A stretch of 64,000 bases of DNA from Octopus sinensis (Eukaryota): the NCBI RefSeq assembly GCF_006345805.1, contig NC_043004.1:6448001-6512000 (forward strand). Reading direction: 5' to 3'. Below are positions 1-12,422 of the stretch, piece after piece. Below the pieces are notes generated by a model that saw only the letters and a program-made list of their open reading frames with translations, had not been told where the DNA came from and searched no databases. The position numbers and the translations under genes are program-made. How positions within the stretch are numbered: the first letter of the stretch is position 1; each line of letters opens with the position of its first letter.

Positions 1-388
1 ACATATACACATATTTGTGTGGGTATGTATACTATACATACACACATACACCCACATGCTCATACATATGCACACAAACACAAAAAGAAAAATAATATCA
101 TTATTTGTTATTGTTTACGACCTGGTGTCAACATGTACCATGCTTCTATTAATGGCTCTGACGTGTTTCTGAAATTATAAGCTGACTCTTAGACACACTT
201 GATCCTCCCACATATGACTCAGTAAAATAACAGAATGTGATGGCTGTCACTTTATTGAACGTGAAAGGGGGAACAGCACAGCAAAATTTTGTTGTATTTC
301 AACTCAGAGTATAGAAAGTTGGAACAAAAATCGTGAAGCAGTTTATCTGACAGTCCAGTGACACCAGCAGTTCAGTTCACTGCCTATG

Positions 389-1262
389 TATGTCGTCTGA
401 TCAATAAGTGTCTGGATCGTTGCCATAGTAGCAAAGTTAAAGTACACAGAGTGAAGCTGCTTGGCAAAGATTGATCTTGAACTCTGCTGTGCATGTGCAC
501 TAAGTTTTAATGTTCTAGCTCACTTCTGCTGTTTATAGCAGTGCTTGGAAGGAAGGTGTGTAGCATGTGATTGTTCCATTGACCATGACAGAGAAAGTTG
601 TCATAGTGATACCTGCTCAGAGGCCTATGCAAAGTTGCAGAAAGTGTATGGAGAGGAGTGTATGAGCCACACATAAGTGCACAAGTGGTTCAGACGTTTC
701 CAAGAAGGCCAAAATAATGTCAATATTGACGAACATTCTGGGAGACCTGCAACCAACAAAACTGAGAAAAACATCGCAGATGTGCGTGCTGCTGTGATGG
801 GAAATCATTGAATCACCATCTGTGAATGATCAAAGGATGTACAGATTAGTGATGGTTCAGTTCAGTACATTATCACTGAAGATTTGAGTATGAGACAAAT
901 GTCTGCCTAGTTTGTGCCAAACTACTTTCAACTGACCAAAAAGACACTGGGGTTTCAGTTGCATAAGATCTCCTTGATTGTGTTGAGAATGATGAGGCCT
1001 CTGAGCAAGTATCACTAAGCTTTTGACAAAATTTGTTGCAGATTCTCTGCTCAACTTTTTCTGCCATGGTCAAAGCAATGATCACACACTACACACCTTC
1101 CTTCCAAGCGCAGCTGTAAACAGCAGAAGTGAGCTAGAACGTTAAAACTTAGAGTACATGCATAGCAGAGTTCAAGGTCAATCTGTGCAAAGCGGCTTCA
1201 CTTTTTGTGCTTTAACTTCGATACTATAGCAACAGTCCAGATACTTATTGATCAGACCACAC
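389..1262. mobile_element. Non-autonomous mariner derivative with about 200-bp inverted arms (both ends are the element's 5' end)
   Basis: 394-600 (gtctgatcaataagtgtctgga...gaccatgacagagaaagttg) is the reverse complement of about 1060-1258. The centre encodes a stop-riddled mariner transposase N-terminus (VYGEECMSHTQVHKWFRRFQEG...DEHSGRP). The right arm encodes MAEKVEQRICNKFCQKLSDTCSEA on the minus strand. Confidence 0.75.
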
Positions 1263-1282
1263 ACACACACACACACACATAT

Positions 1283-2255
1283 GAGGGCCTCTCACTCAGA
1301 GTAAAAGGTAGACTGTATGATGCATGTGTACGAACAGCCATGCTACATGGCAGTGAAACATGGGCTGTGACTGCTGAGGACATGCGTAAGCTCACAAGGA
1401 ACGAAGCCAGTATGCTCCAATGGATGTGTAATGTCAGAGTGCATACTCGACAGAGTGTAAGTACCCGAGAGAAAAGTTGGACCTAAGAAGCATCAGATGT
1501 GGCATGCAAGAGAGATGACTGCACAGGTATGGTCATGTATTGTGAATGAATGAGGATAGCTGTGTGAAAAAGTGTCACATTCTAGCAGTTGAGGGAACCT
1601 TTGGAAGAGGTAGACCTAGGAAGACCTGGGATGAGGTGGTGAAGCATGATCTTTGAACATTAGGCCTCACCGAGGCAATGACTAGTGACTAAGACCTTTG
1701 GAAATATGCTATACTTGAGAAGACCTGGCAAGCCAAGTGAACTCATAACCTCATGGCCTATGCCAGGGGTGTAACCAGCCCACTTATGCATACCTTTCCT
1801 TCATTGGACACTAAATTCTGCTTGCGAAGACCTGTTGAGGCAAGTGAAATCGAAATCAAATCCGATGACTGGCATCCATGCTAGTGGAGCGCTAAGAGCA
1901 CCATACGAGTGTGATCATTACCAGTGTTACCTTATTGGCACGTGAAAAACATTCGAGTGAGGTCGTTGCCAGTGTCGCTGGACTGGCTCCTGTGCAGGTG
2001 GCATGTAAAAAGCACCATCCAAGCATGGCTGTTGCCAGTACCGCCTGACTGGCCCTCATGCTGGAGGCATGTAAAAGCACCCACTACACTCTCGAAGTGG
2101 TTGGCATTAGGAAGGGCATCCAGCTGTAGAAACTTTGCCAGATCAGATTGGAGCCTGATGCAGCCTTCTGGCTTGCCAGCCCTCAGTCAAACTATCCAAC
2201 CTATGCCAGCATGGAAAGTGGACATTAAATGACGACGACGATGATGATAATGATG
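1283..2255 (+). mobile_element. 5'-truncated RTE-clade LINE (ORF2 C-terminus, 3'UTR, GAT tail)
   Basis: LSLRVKGRLYDACVRTAMLHGSETWAVTAEDM matches the C-terminus of the element at 21481-24718; same 3'UTR and (gat)n tail. Confidence 0.85.
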
Positions 2256-2289
2256 ATCACCTTCATAGAGAAGAACAATAATAGGTAAC

Positions 2290-2460
2290 AAGCTTCGAAA
2301 CATCTGGTAAGGAAGTATTTCAACAACAAAGCTAACCATCTTCAGGTTCTGTGAAGAGAACATTCTTCGCCATGAAGCTGAATCCTGAACTATGTAAAAA
2401 GGAATTCAAAATCACCTTGATGGTACATACATCAAGCTTCTCAAGACCAAAGAGTAGATC
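2290..2460 (+). mobile_element. Degenerate RTE-like LINE ORF2 fragment
   Basis: Translation KLRNIW*...KLTIFRFCEENILRHEAES*T...LDGTYIKLLK resembles the RTE post-RT motif IW...KL..F...ESILLYG.E.WT...LDG.Y..LLR. Confidence 0.35.
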
Positions 2461-3928
2461 TGTTGCAGTGTTAATTTAAATTTGGTTATGGTGGATCAAA
2501 TCCACTTCATGCTTGCAAGATCCACTACATCATGAACAATGCATGAAGATTTAAGGAAATATTTGTTTACCATTACGTTACAATACCTTGCCTTGACGGG
2601 CAGGTTATGATAAATCCAAAAGTATGCAAAGTAAAGTTTGTGTTTTTGTTCCTCTTCATTGTTTAGTAGTAATTACAGAGAGAGATAGAATGATGTTGTA
2701 AGCGAACAGAATTAGAACTAATGAGAGTTGTAGGGTGTGGGACGTCTCACAGACTGTAAACTTCATTTCTCCTTCTGACCAAGGTTCTAGCTGGTCAGCC
2801 AGACTTCGTTGAGTCATCACTGACTGTGACTAACTGAATTTTGCTTGGGATGTGCTTGCTTTTTATAACTATCCAGAAGGATAGATATATCATTGAGAAC
2901 AATAGATTTAGTTGGTGGTCTTGTTATCTCTATTCTAGCTTTTGGTGAAGTAGAAGAGGTTAGAAAGGGTCAAGTGGTGAAGACATTATTTCGACCTAGC
3001 TAAAGGCATCTGGAACATGTAAACCTGCTGTCAGAGAAAAACCATTGTTCCACTGTGGGAACAGTTCTGTTGCAGTGTTAATTTAAATTTGGTTATGGTG
3101 GATCAAATCCACTTCATGCTTGCAAGATCCACTACAGATCTATTAACACATCCCATTAATCTCTACAATTGTTGTTCAATGCAGGGTAGGCTTTGCTAGC
3201 CATTGATGTAGTGCTGAACACCAAGCCATATCAGATGAGAGTTCTGCAGTCTTATAGAGAAAGAAAACCACTCAACTACAGTGATGTTGTTAACGGAGGG
3301 ACACCCAACATGAAATTGAGAATGTGGTGAAATGCATCCTGGTTGTGCAACCATTTGAAGAAGAAGAATATTATTGGTTTTTATAGAATTAGTAGCATTT
3401 AAACTTAAAAATTTGAAATAGCAAATACCTGGTCCAGTTCTTCATTGCTTATACTATCTTCTCACATTCCTAAATAGATAAATAAATAAGATTAATCATA
3501 ATTTCTTCTTTCAAAGAACAGAGACAATTTTTCAAATGTGGAAAGTTCATTGATTGAATTGGTCTCCGTGTATAACTGGTACTTAATTGATGGAGTGAAG
3601 AAACAGAGACATCCACTTTAGCAGGATTTATTTTAAATGAGTAAAGGACTAAACAATATACATACTGTGAACTAGTAGCTTTTTATCCTTTTTCTTTTAT
3701 TGTTTTTTTTTAAGCTGATATTCTAATCAGCTTATTTTACTGATAATCTTATAAGTGGGATTAATTTTAGAAGTTTCATTATTTGGGGTCGTCAGGAAAA
3801 AAAAAAAGTCTTGTGACCAACTAGAATGTTTGAATAACTTTGTATAAGAACCATTACTGTAAAGCCTTTAGGTCATCTTTCAGCTACCTAATCCTTCTCT
3901 ACTATACAATTACAAATACAACTGCAAA

Positions 3929-3930
3929 GA

Positions 3931-3962
<32 letters not shown>

Positions 3963-3998
3963 ATGACGACGATGATGATGATGACGATGACGACGACC
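3929..3998. repeat. (GAT/GGT/GAC)n trinucleotide microsatellite
   Basis: Directly visible. Confidence 0.9.
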
Positions 3999-4639
3999 AT
4001 TTCTTTCGCACTTTGCCACAAGTATGTAGCAAAAAGAAGCCTTGATTTTAATCCCCCATTGTTATTCCATTCACATCATGATACTTTATGTGAAATAGCC
4101 AAATGAACACAGTATTGACTGGTATTTTATTTTATCGACCCTGAAAGGATACAAAGTAAACTTGACCTTGGCAGTATTTGAACTCGGTATAAGTAGCTCT
4201 AATAATCCCGTTAATCCAAGGAAGAATATAGTCGATTGAACCAACTCCCGTACATGACAGTACTTATTTTATAACAGCTGCAGAGATGAAAGGCAATGTC
4301 AACACCAAAGAAAAAAAGAAAAAAGAAAAACAGCAGATAAACTATAGTTTTGGATGATTAGAGAACTAAATAAGTTTAAACTATTAGCTTTGTCCTTGGG
4401 TTATTGTATGTAGGATAAAACAGCAACAATATAAAATCTAGTCTTTGTGTCTGGCTTAGCACAGTATTTCGTTTATAGCTTTTCTCATTGTAAATAATAA
4501 ACAGATCATATTTTATACATCTTTTGTACTCTTTTTAATCCTGTTAACATAATGAAAACTGGATTATTTTAACCATTTAAATTAATATATTAAATTTCGT
4601 AACCGACTTTATTAACTTTCGGATTTGCTAAATAAATAA

Positions 4640-5133
4640 ATCGTGTTAATGAGTGAGAAGTTACAGGTGAATTGATTAACTTAGAGCTACTACGATCAAT
4701 AATAACAGTTGTTAGCATCATCAGTTGACTACGTGTATCAATGTGAATTTAGGTAAACAGTTAAGACTTTTAGTTTAAAGCGTTAGTTTGTTCAAGTCAG
4801 TACTCTAGGTCAGGTCAGCGGACTATTGTCATATATTGAAGAGGATAACTATATTACGAGAGAGAAACTGCGTTACAATAGATCAATGAACTCATTAATT
4901 ATTTCGTTTATTTATAATGTATATCATCGTCATGGTAATAAGGTAGTGTTCCAGAGGAAATAATTAACATCTAGACAACAAAATTAGAAATTACAGGTGG
5001 AAAAATCTGACAGAGTCATAAATGAAGGAAGAATAATTGTTGATTCCTTTACGATATATGTATATATAAGACAAGACAAAAAAAAAAGGAGCTCATGTAA
5101 ATGCAACACAGGAACAAGTTATACATCTAATCA
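4640..5133 (+). promoter_or_regulatory. Putative promoter/5'UTR of clarin-like exon A
   Basis: Repeat-free DNA directly upstream of the ATG, with CAGGTG E-boxes (about 4665, 4994) and Inr-like TCAGT motifs. The TSS cannot be determined from sequence. Confidence 0.3.
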
Positions 5134-5371
5134 ATGGAGAAGAAAAAGCGTCCGTATGTTGGCTTTACCCTGTTATTTATAACAGTTGGTATTGTCATAT
5201 TAATGATGTCTTTAGCTACAGATTACTGGGTGTGTGTCCATCCAAAACTCTTAATAGGAGAAAACAACGCAACAGATACACGGCGATACAGAGGTTCTAT
5301 ACATTATGGACTATTCAGAGGTGGTATAATGCTGAACTACGGACTAGGGGATCGTTTGTCGAAAATAGTAG
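5134..5371 (+). CDS. CLRN: Clarin-family tetraspan membrane protein, first coding exon (copy A)
   Basis: MEKKKRPYVGFTLLFITVGIVILMMSLATDYWV...NAT...GSIHYGLFRG...YGLGDR: TM1, T-x-x-W, an N-glycosylation sequon and the clarin YGLF.G...GLG.R motif. Ends at a G|GTGAG phase-1 donor (GT at 5372-5373). Family-level call only; orthologue not determined. Confidence 0.8.
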
Positions 5372-7154
5372 GTGAGAAATCTAAGGGTTTTCTACTCATT
5401 ATTATCGTTGTTATTTGTTTCCTTTTCAGATTTTACCAATTTCTTTTTAAAATATCTATGCAATCCAAATACTTTCAACTTGTTGAGTTTGAATTGTAAA
5501 ATGTTTAAGAGAACAACACAAAGTTTTTAAACTATATTAGTTCTCCTGATTACTTCACAGAAAACCTTTATTTTTGATAAATGTTAAGTGACGAGATTCC
5601 TTTCAATCTCCAATCATGAGCGCAGTTAATTGACAGTTGAACTCCTATCGCAGTCTTAGATTAATGAGAGCTTATCTCTTGCTGTGTAATGCTCACTACA
5701 ATTATATGTTTAAAACATCTCTTTTATCACAATTTGTTTAAATTAATTTGGGAGTGTTTAATATAATTCTCTCTAGAAGATAATAACATCTCGAAGTGTA
5801 TTCTCTGACGTTCTCAAAGTTTCCCCATCTATAATTATATGATCCTCGTATCTTTTCAACTGTTACCATTGTTAGTAGACACTGTGTGACCAAAAGTATA
5901 TGACAAGAAAAGTAAAACAAGGTTACGAATAAGTATAAAAAATAAAACAAATGAAATTATCTCTCTTCCCCTGCAGGGGTTAATGAAAGATAAATAATAA
6001 TCCAGCCTACCTACTCTAGACACCTATTAATTGTACATTCTGTATCTGGTTACTTCGGAGATTCTTTTCATTAATACACTCATCTAATTTGAACTAAAAT
6101 ACCACATTCCAAATTGATGGATGAAAACTTTCCCAAATACACTTTAGGTATCGCGTATTTTCTCCGCACGTGCGGGGAACGAAATTTGCTTAAGAGATGC
6201 AAACCCAGGTCCAAAATGTTTTACGAAGTCGATTTTTTTTTTTTCATTCTTAATATCAAAACAAACACAGATATATATAATAGTAATAATTATTATTATA
6301 GTTGGACATCGATCAAATCAGATAAATCCAATAATGAAAAGTTAGTGTTTGAAATCAGTCCAAAAATATTTCTCCCCTCATTGGTTTTGGGGATGAAGAT
6401 TTTCAGAAGGATGTTCAATTCAAAGTATTTTCATTAGGGTTAGGGACAGGGCACTGGTAAACTACAAACAGGGAACAGGTTCTATTTGGACTTCACTGGT
6501 GTTTGTACAGCATATTTCGTTTTCCCATTCTTATAGAATTAAGATTTGTGTTAACATTAAATATTGCCTTAAAGACTTACATATTCTATAATGTTGGTTG
6601 TGTGACATATTACAGGGAAACATATATACACTGCACAGTCGCATTTCTCTGTCCAGAGACTTTGTACTGCAAGTTCCATATTGCAACACTAAATTCTTTA
6701 AAAAACTCCATATAAGAACTGGTGGCAGTTCCAATTATTATTGCTTTATTTCACTCTTGTTGTTAATCTTAAATCAATAGAAATTCAATGAAATAATGTT
6801 GTATTTTTGGAGACATATTATAAGACACAAGTCTACATTTTCTTATCACTAAAAACCCTTAATGTTTCATGTTTCTGTTAGAAAGAATTATCTAATGAAC
6901 AAATGAATGATGACCCTATAACTAAGGCACAGGTTATTCCCAGTTTCAATTTCATTGCTCTAAACTCTATTAAATTTTGTAATTTAATTATATTATTTTC
7001 AAATCAAAGTATTTTAAGCTTCTCCAAGTTAAAACCTCTACAAAAGATCTTCTTACTCTTTAAACTCACGTGCTGAGTCAAATAAAATTTCCAAACCATC
7101 CTTAACCTAAACTTTTTCCATGACTGTAGGGATCAACTAATATTTATTTGTAAC

Positions 7155-7250
7155 AGGGTGGTGGACTGCCAGAAATGCTAGCACGCTGGACAAAATGCTT
7201 AGCAGCATTTCATCTGTCTTTACATTCTGAGTTTAAATACAGAAATACAT
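7155..7250 (+). mobile_element. SINE family B head fragment
   Basis: ggtggtggactgccagaaatgctagcacg...ttctgagtttaaat matches the heads at 25015, 44695 and 60490. Confidence 0.6.
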
Positions 7251-7255
7251 CTGCA

Positions 7256-8215
7256 AATTCAAAAAGCCGCAAAAGCATTTCATAGCTTGGAGTCACACAT
7301 TTAGTGCCAACGACATATAAATAACAATCCAAAGCTGGCTCTTTACAAATCATTTGTCTTACCATGTTGTATTCTTGTGAAACATGGACTTGTTATGAAA
7401 GGCATTTAAAATTGTTTAAACAATTCCACTAAAGATGCCTTCATCGCATTTTAAACATTAAATGGAGTTCTTTTACTCCAAACACAGATGTCCCTGCATC
7501 TGTTGGTATCAGCTCAATTAAAGGTATGATTTTGAGGAACCAAATGAGATATTGTTCGAATGGTGGATGAACGCATGCCGAAACAGCTGTTTTAAGGTGA
7601 GCTTGCAGAGTGGGGGGAATGCTATCAGCGTAAACCTAAAAAAAGGTTTAAGGACTGCATAAGGACTACTGTGAAGTCACTTGGAATGGATCCAGAAGAC
7701 ATAGAAAGCCTTGCTTCAGATCAAGCTGGATGGCAAACAAAAGTGTAGAGTGGAGTGAAAGTGTCTGAAGAGGCCAGGATAATGCATGTAAGACTCAAAC
7801 GAGATCTAAGGAAGAATGTTACGATCAAGAAGGTGAATGACAATGACCTTTCTGTGTGCACAGTTTGTGATAGACCATGCCTTTCTTTTGTTGGGTTCAG
7901 ATCTCATTTGCAAACCCAAGGAAAATGAACCTCTACCAGCTATTCTGCTTGTATGTTTGTGCACACCTTTGAATGCAATGTATGCCAGAAGGTTTGCAAA
8001 TCTAACGGAGGCCTCGAAAGACATTTTAAGATCTACAAAGACCAGGACTTATCTGCAGCTCCTGGTAGTCCAGATCAGATGTGCAATCTATGTGGGTGTC
8101 TTTTCAGAACATTGTCTGGTTTAAAAAGCCACATCAGATACCATGATGGTTCTAAGACATAGGTACAGAAGGTGGTCAAACTCTGCATAAGGAGTAGACA
8201 ACCACCATGTATGTA
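7256..8215 (+). mobile_element. Degenerate RTE/BovB-like LINE 3' fragment ending in three C2H2-like zinc fingers
   Basis: LYSCETWT, RCLHRILNIKW, VRMVDERMPKQLF*GEL, KKRFKDCI; then CTVC..H, CNVC..H and CNLC..H..H; (tatg)n tail. Confidence 0.75.
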
Positions 8216-8364
8216 TGTACATAAGTATGTACATATGTATATATGTATGCATATATGTGTTTGTGTGAGTGTGTGTATGTTTGAGTCTCTTTGTCTTGAC
8301 ATTCTTGTCAAGTTTGTATTTTTCTGAAAATTTTATGTTACATCAGTGAATAAGTAAAGCAGGT

Positions 8365-8625
8365 CCTTTCTTGAGTCATTGGACTCAAAGGGTCAGTAAA
8401 CTGGTTTCTATGGCATATAAGTAACTGAGATGACACCATTCCTCCTGAACAGGATGCCAGTCCATCTCAGGGTTAACTTCCCAGGTATTGCTGGAACTCA
8501 TTTATAGTGGAGTGGAACGGAGCAGTGTGAAATGAAATGTTTTGTTCAAGAACACAATGCACCACCTGGTCTTGGAATTGAAACCACAATCTTGCAATCG
8601 TTGGTGCAACACCCTAACCACTTAT
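8365..8625 (-). mobile_element. tRNA-derived SINE (family C variant)
   Basis: Reverse strand reads taagtggttagggtgttg...ggtttcaattcc (A/B-box-like), then gtgttcttgaacaaaacatttcatttcac. Similar copies at 16700-16940 and 63420-63620. Confidence 0.7.
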
Positions 8626-8944
8626 CATCTAGTGTAACAATTTAAAAATGATAATAACAGAATCAATAATATAGGCAATTGCAGGCCCAAAAATTGCATT
8701 AAATAGCCGAAGGATTAAAATTAATCAAGTAGCATACTAAGTATGTCTACCTGCTGGAAATAACAGTCAAAACTCTTATTTAAATTGCCAAAATACACTG
8801 ATAATAACTACAAAAATAAACCGTCTGAAGGCAAATGGGTCAAGGCAATCCCTCGGCATACATTCAAGTATTTGGACTCAAGTTTCTGGACTGGCATAAT
8901 AGTCTCACCTTCCTCAGCATGCATATAAAGATATAAATATATGT

Positions 8945-9170
8945 GCGTGTGTATGTCATTGTGTCTGTGTTTGTTCCCCTACCACTGCTGCTAAACAATG
9001 GGTGTTGGTTTGTTTATGTCCCCATAACTTAGTAGTTCAGCAAAAGAGACCACAAGATTAAGTACCAGGCTTAAAAAAAAATAAGAGCTGGGGTTGAGTC
9101 ATTCAGCTAAAATTCTTCAGGGTGGTGTCACAGCTTGGCCACAGTCTAATCACTGAAACGAGTAAAAGAT
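8945..9170 (+). mobile_element. SINE family A, 3' half
   Basis: gtgtttgttccc...cataacttagtagttcagcaaaagagacc...gaaacgagtaaaaga is shared with many copies. Confidence 0.7.
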
Positions 9171-9237
9171 AAACACCAGTACGCACACAAACACACAGAC
9201 ATATATATACATGCATACAAACACACATACACATACA

Positions 9238-9725
9238 CCATCATCATCATCATTATTGTTTAACATCTGCTTTCCATGCTAGCACGGGTTGGACGATTTG
9301 ACTGAGGACTGGCGAACCAGATGGCTGCACCAGGCACCAATCTGATCTGGCAGAGTTTCTACAGCTGTATGCCCCTCCTAATGCCAACCACTCTGAGAGT
9401 GTAGTGAGTGCTTTTACATGCCACCGGCACGAGGGTCAGTCAGGCGGTACTGGCAACAGCCACACTCAAATGATGTTTTTTACGTGCCACCTGCACAGGA
9501 GCCAGTCCAGCAGCACTGGCAACGACCTCGCTCAAATGTCTTTTCACGTGCCAGCAAGGTGACGCTGGTAACGATCATGCTCAAATGGTGCTTTCTACGT
9601 GCCACCAGCATGGAAGCCAGTTAGCTGCTCTGGCAACGATCACGCTCGGATGGTGCTCTTAGCGCTCCACTAGCACGGATGCCAGTTATCGAATTTGATT
9701 TCGATTTCGATTTCACTTTCCTCAA
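9238..9725 (-). mobile_element. RTE LINE 3'UTR fragment
   Basis: (cat)n tail followed by gtttaacatctgctttccatgctagc, and four ttttacgtgccacc-type repeats. Confidence 0.8.
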
Positions 9726-9849
9726 CAGGTCTTTGCAAGCAGAGTTTACACACATACACATATATGCACACACATGTGGGCACGCACACATTCACAAACA
9801 TACATGTGCGAGTGCACACACACACACACGTTTCTTGATGTCTCTCTCA

Positions 9850-9906
<57 letters not shown>

Positions 9907-10076
9907 CTGCTCACAATATCAGAATCTAAATTTAATGTCAAAGTTGCACATTGTGAGAAAATTTTCCCTTTCCATGTTTCACCAATATTTAACTAGTTAC
10001 CATACACAGAAACTTAAATGAAGTTTAATAATCAAGTAATTTGGTAAATGTAATTACAATTTAGTTAGTTGTAAAC

Positions 10077-10570
10077 TACAGGGTGGCCTGAAAGTCTGTG
10101 TACCCGCTACCAGAAATTAATGAGAACAATAGAAGAACAGTAATGCAGTAATCCAAAGCACAAACTGGATTTAGTTTATTCCCTTTCATTGACGCTGTCA
10201 CACATCGAGAAGGTCTGTATGAGCACCATTATTTTCGTGGCACAAAATGATGTGGCACTATGTCCTGTGTGATATTTTTCGAAGCTGTGCTTTGGTGATT
10301 GTTGCAAAGGTTCTCCAAACGGCGTCCTTCAGCTGATAGGTATTTTGGTATCGTTCATGTGATAATACTCTCTGACCCCAGGTGCCACACAGAGTGTTAT
10401 CGCAAGACGTGAGGTCTGGACTTCTGGGAGACCAATCGACAGGTGCTGAATGTTGTTGCAATCCTTGTCCTATCCATCTATCCTGAAAAACTTCATTTAA
10501 ATATTCCCAGACATACCAAAATAAAAATAATGATAATACTGACAATAATAAATATGTAGTGGGTAACAAA
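10077..10570 (-). mobile_element. Tc1/mariner-superfamily transposase C-terminal fragment with one TIR
   Basis: FQDRWIG...WSPRSPDLTSCD (WPPRSPDLTPCD-like); TA-cagggtggcc end at about 10077. Confidence 0.7.
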
Positions 10571-10734
10571 ACTTTTAAACCACTCAGTAGAAAAACAAAA
10601 TTTTCATGGTGCCAAAAGGTTCCAGGGACAAAATTTCTGATGTGAAGTCAGTGTTGAATCAATAACACCAAACAGGGCCAAAGTGACAGCCCCAAAACAT
10701 TTCATACTCTTAGAGGGAGACCACATTGAGGGAT

Positions 10735-11170
10735 GTGGCTAATTAGTTGTTCATGCAACTCATTTTCCTACCCATAGGTACCAAAAAAAAAATTTTATGA
10801 ATTGTGGTTTCAGGTTCAGTCCCACTGTGTGGCACCTGGGGTCAGTATCTTCTACTGGAATCCTAAGTCGACCAAACCTTGTGAGTGGATTTGATGGACA
10901 GAAACTAAAGTAAGCCCATCATGTACACACACGCACACACAAATATATATGTTTATATGCGAGTTTGTGTCTTTGTCTACCAGCATTGCTTGACAACTGG
11001 TGTTGGTTTGTTTAGTACCCAAGACTTAGTGGTTCAGCAAAAGACACTGATAGAATAAGTACCGGGCTTTTAGAATACAGCATTGTGATTGATTTGTTTC
11101 ACTAAACTTTTCAAGGCACTGCCCCAGCATGGCCACAGTCCAATGACTGAAACAAATAAAAGATAAAAGA
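10735..11170 (+). mobile_element. SINE family A (degenerate full copy)
   Basis: ggttcagtcccactgtgtggcacc (B-box region) through gaaacaaataaaagataaaaga. Confidence 0.7.
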
Positions 11171-11199
11171 ATATATGTATGTATGTATGTGTTTGTGTG

Positions 11200-11635
11200 A
11201 GTGTGTGTATGTTTAAGTCTCTTTGTCTTAACATCTTGTGATTGTTGTAAATGAATGTCATCCATTTCCAGTATTCCGAGGAAACATGTCCAGCCATGGG
11301 GTAATATTACCTTGCCTGGAAACAGGTGAGGGTTGGCAACAGGAAGGGCATCTGGCTGTAGAAAATCATTCTCCATAAATTCCATCTGAATCGTACAAGC
11401 ATGAAAAGTCGACAGTAAAATGGTGATGATAGTGATGGTGACAACAACGACGAAGACAATGATGACGACGATAATGATGACAATCATGACGATAATGATG
11501 ATGGCAATGACAATGATGATGATGGTGACGATGATGATGATGATGGTGGCGACGATGATGATGATAGTGGTGATGGTGACAATGATGGTGATGATGATGA
11601 CAATGATGATGATGATAACAATGATTGTATATAAT
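11200..11635 (+). mobile_element. SINE-like family D with expanded (GAT/GAC/GGT/AAT)n tail
   Basis: Body matches 52020-52280 and 42760-42980 (reverse). The 3' end caagcatgaaaagtcgacagtaaaatg runs into about 210 bp of trinucleotide repeat (11420-11630). Confidence 0.65.
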
Positions 11636-11929
11636 TGACTCACACCCATATATGGAAGACAAAAAGCAGACGGATATCAGCAGAGCATGTATAGTGACTA
11701 ATTAATACTGCAAAAGTACAAATCGAATGTATTTTAGTTGCTGCTCACATTACCTCCTTGCTTGTTGTTCTTACCATTAGAGTTTTAATTCCAACCTGTA
11801 TTACCTTGCTATTCACTGCATTACATTGACAAATCAACATGTTGTCATGATGATCATTAATCTATTGCATATCATTATCTCTTCAGGCAGGTTGTAGTCA
11901 ATAACATATATATATATATGGTATATATA

Positions 11930-12310
11930 GGCGTAGGAGTGGCTGTGTGGTAAGTAGCTTGCTAACGAACAACATGGTTCATGGTTCAGTCCCACTGGGC
12001 AAATGTCTTCTACTATAGCCTCGAGCTGACCAAAGCCTTGTGAGTGGATTTGGTAAGCGGAAACTGAAAGAAGCCCATTGTATATATGTATATATATATA
12101 TGTGTGTGTGTGTGTGTGCTTGTGTGTCTGTGTTTGACAACCGATGTTCGTGTGTTTATGTCCCTGTAACTTAGCAGTTCGGCAAAAGAGACTGATAGAA
12201 TAAGTACTAGGCTTACAAAGAATAAGTCCTGGGATCAATTTGGTTGACTAAAGGTGGTGCTCCAGTATGGTCACAGTCAAATGAGTGAAACAAGTAAAAG
12301 AGTAAAGAGT
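11930..12310 (+). mobile_element. tRNA-derived SINE family A, full-length
   Basis: ggcgtaggagtggctgtgtggtaag (A box) ... ggttcagtccc (B box) ... gaaacaagtaaaagagtaaagagta tail. Confidence 0.85.
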
Positions 12311-12422
12311 ATACATTCACACACACTCACACACATACAGTACCGTGCAAAAGTTTTCAGCAACCTCAAATAAACCAATCAAGATACAGTCTATAATGTC
12401 TATAATGAAAATTTATTACATA

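Noticed and set aside
5372-5499. ORF-track extension of clarin A (and of B at 29210-29259)
   Set aside because: Similarity between A and B stops exactly at the GT donors; the extensions are intron read-through.
11026-11662. 207-aa Ile-rich, His-rich and Met-rich ORFs
   Set aside because: All frames of an expanded (GAT)n SINE tail.
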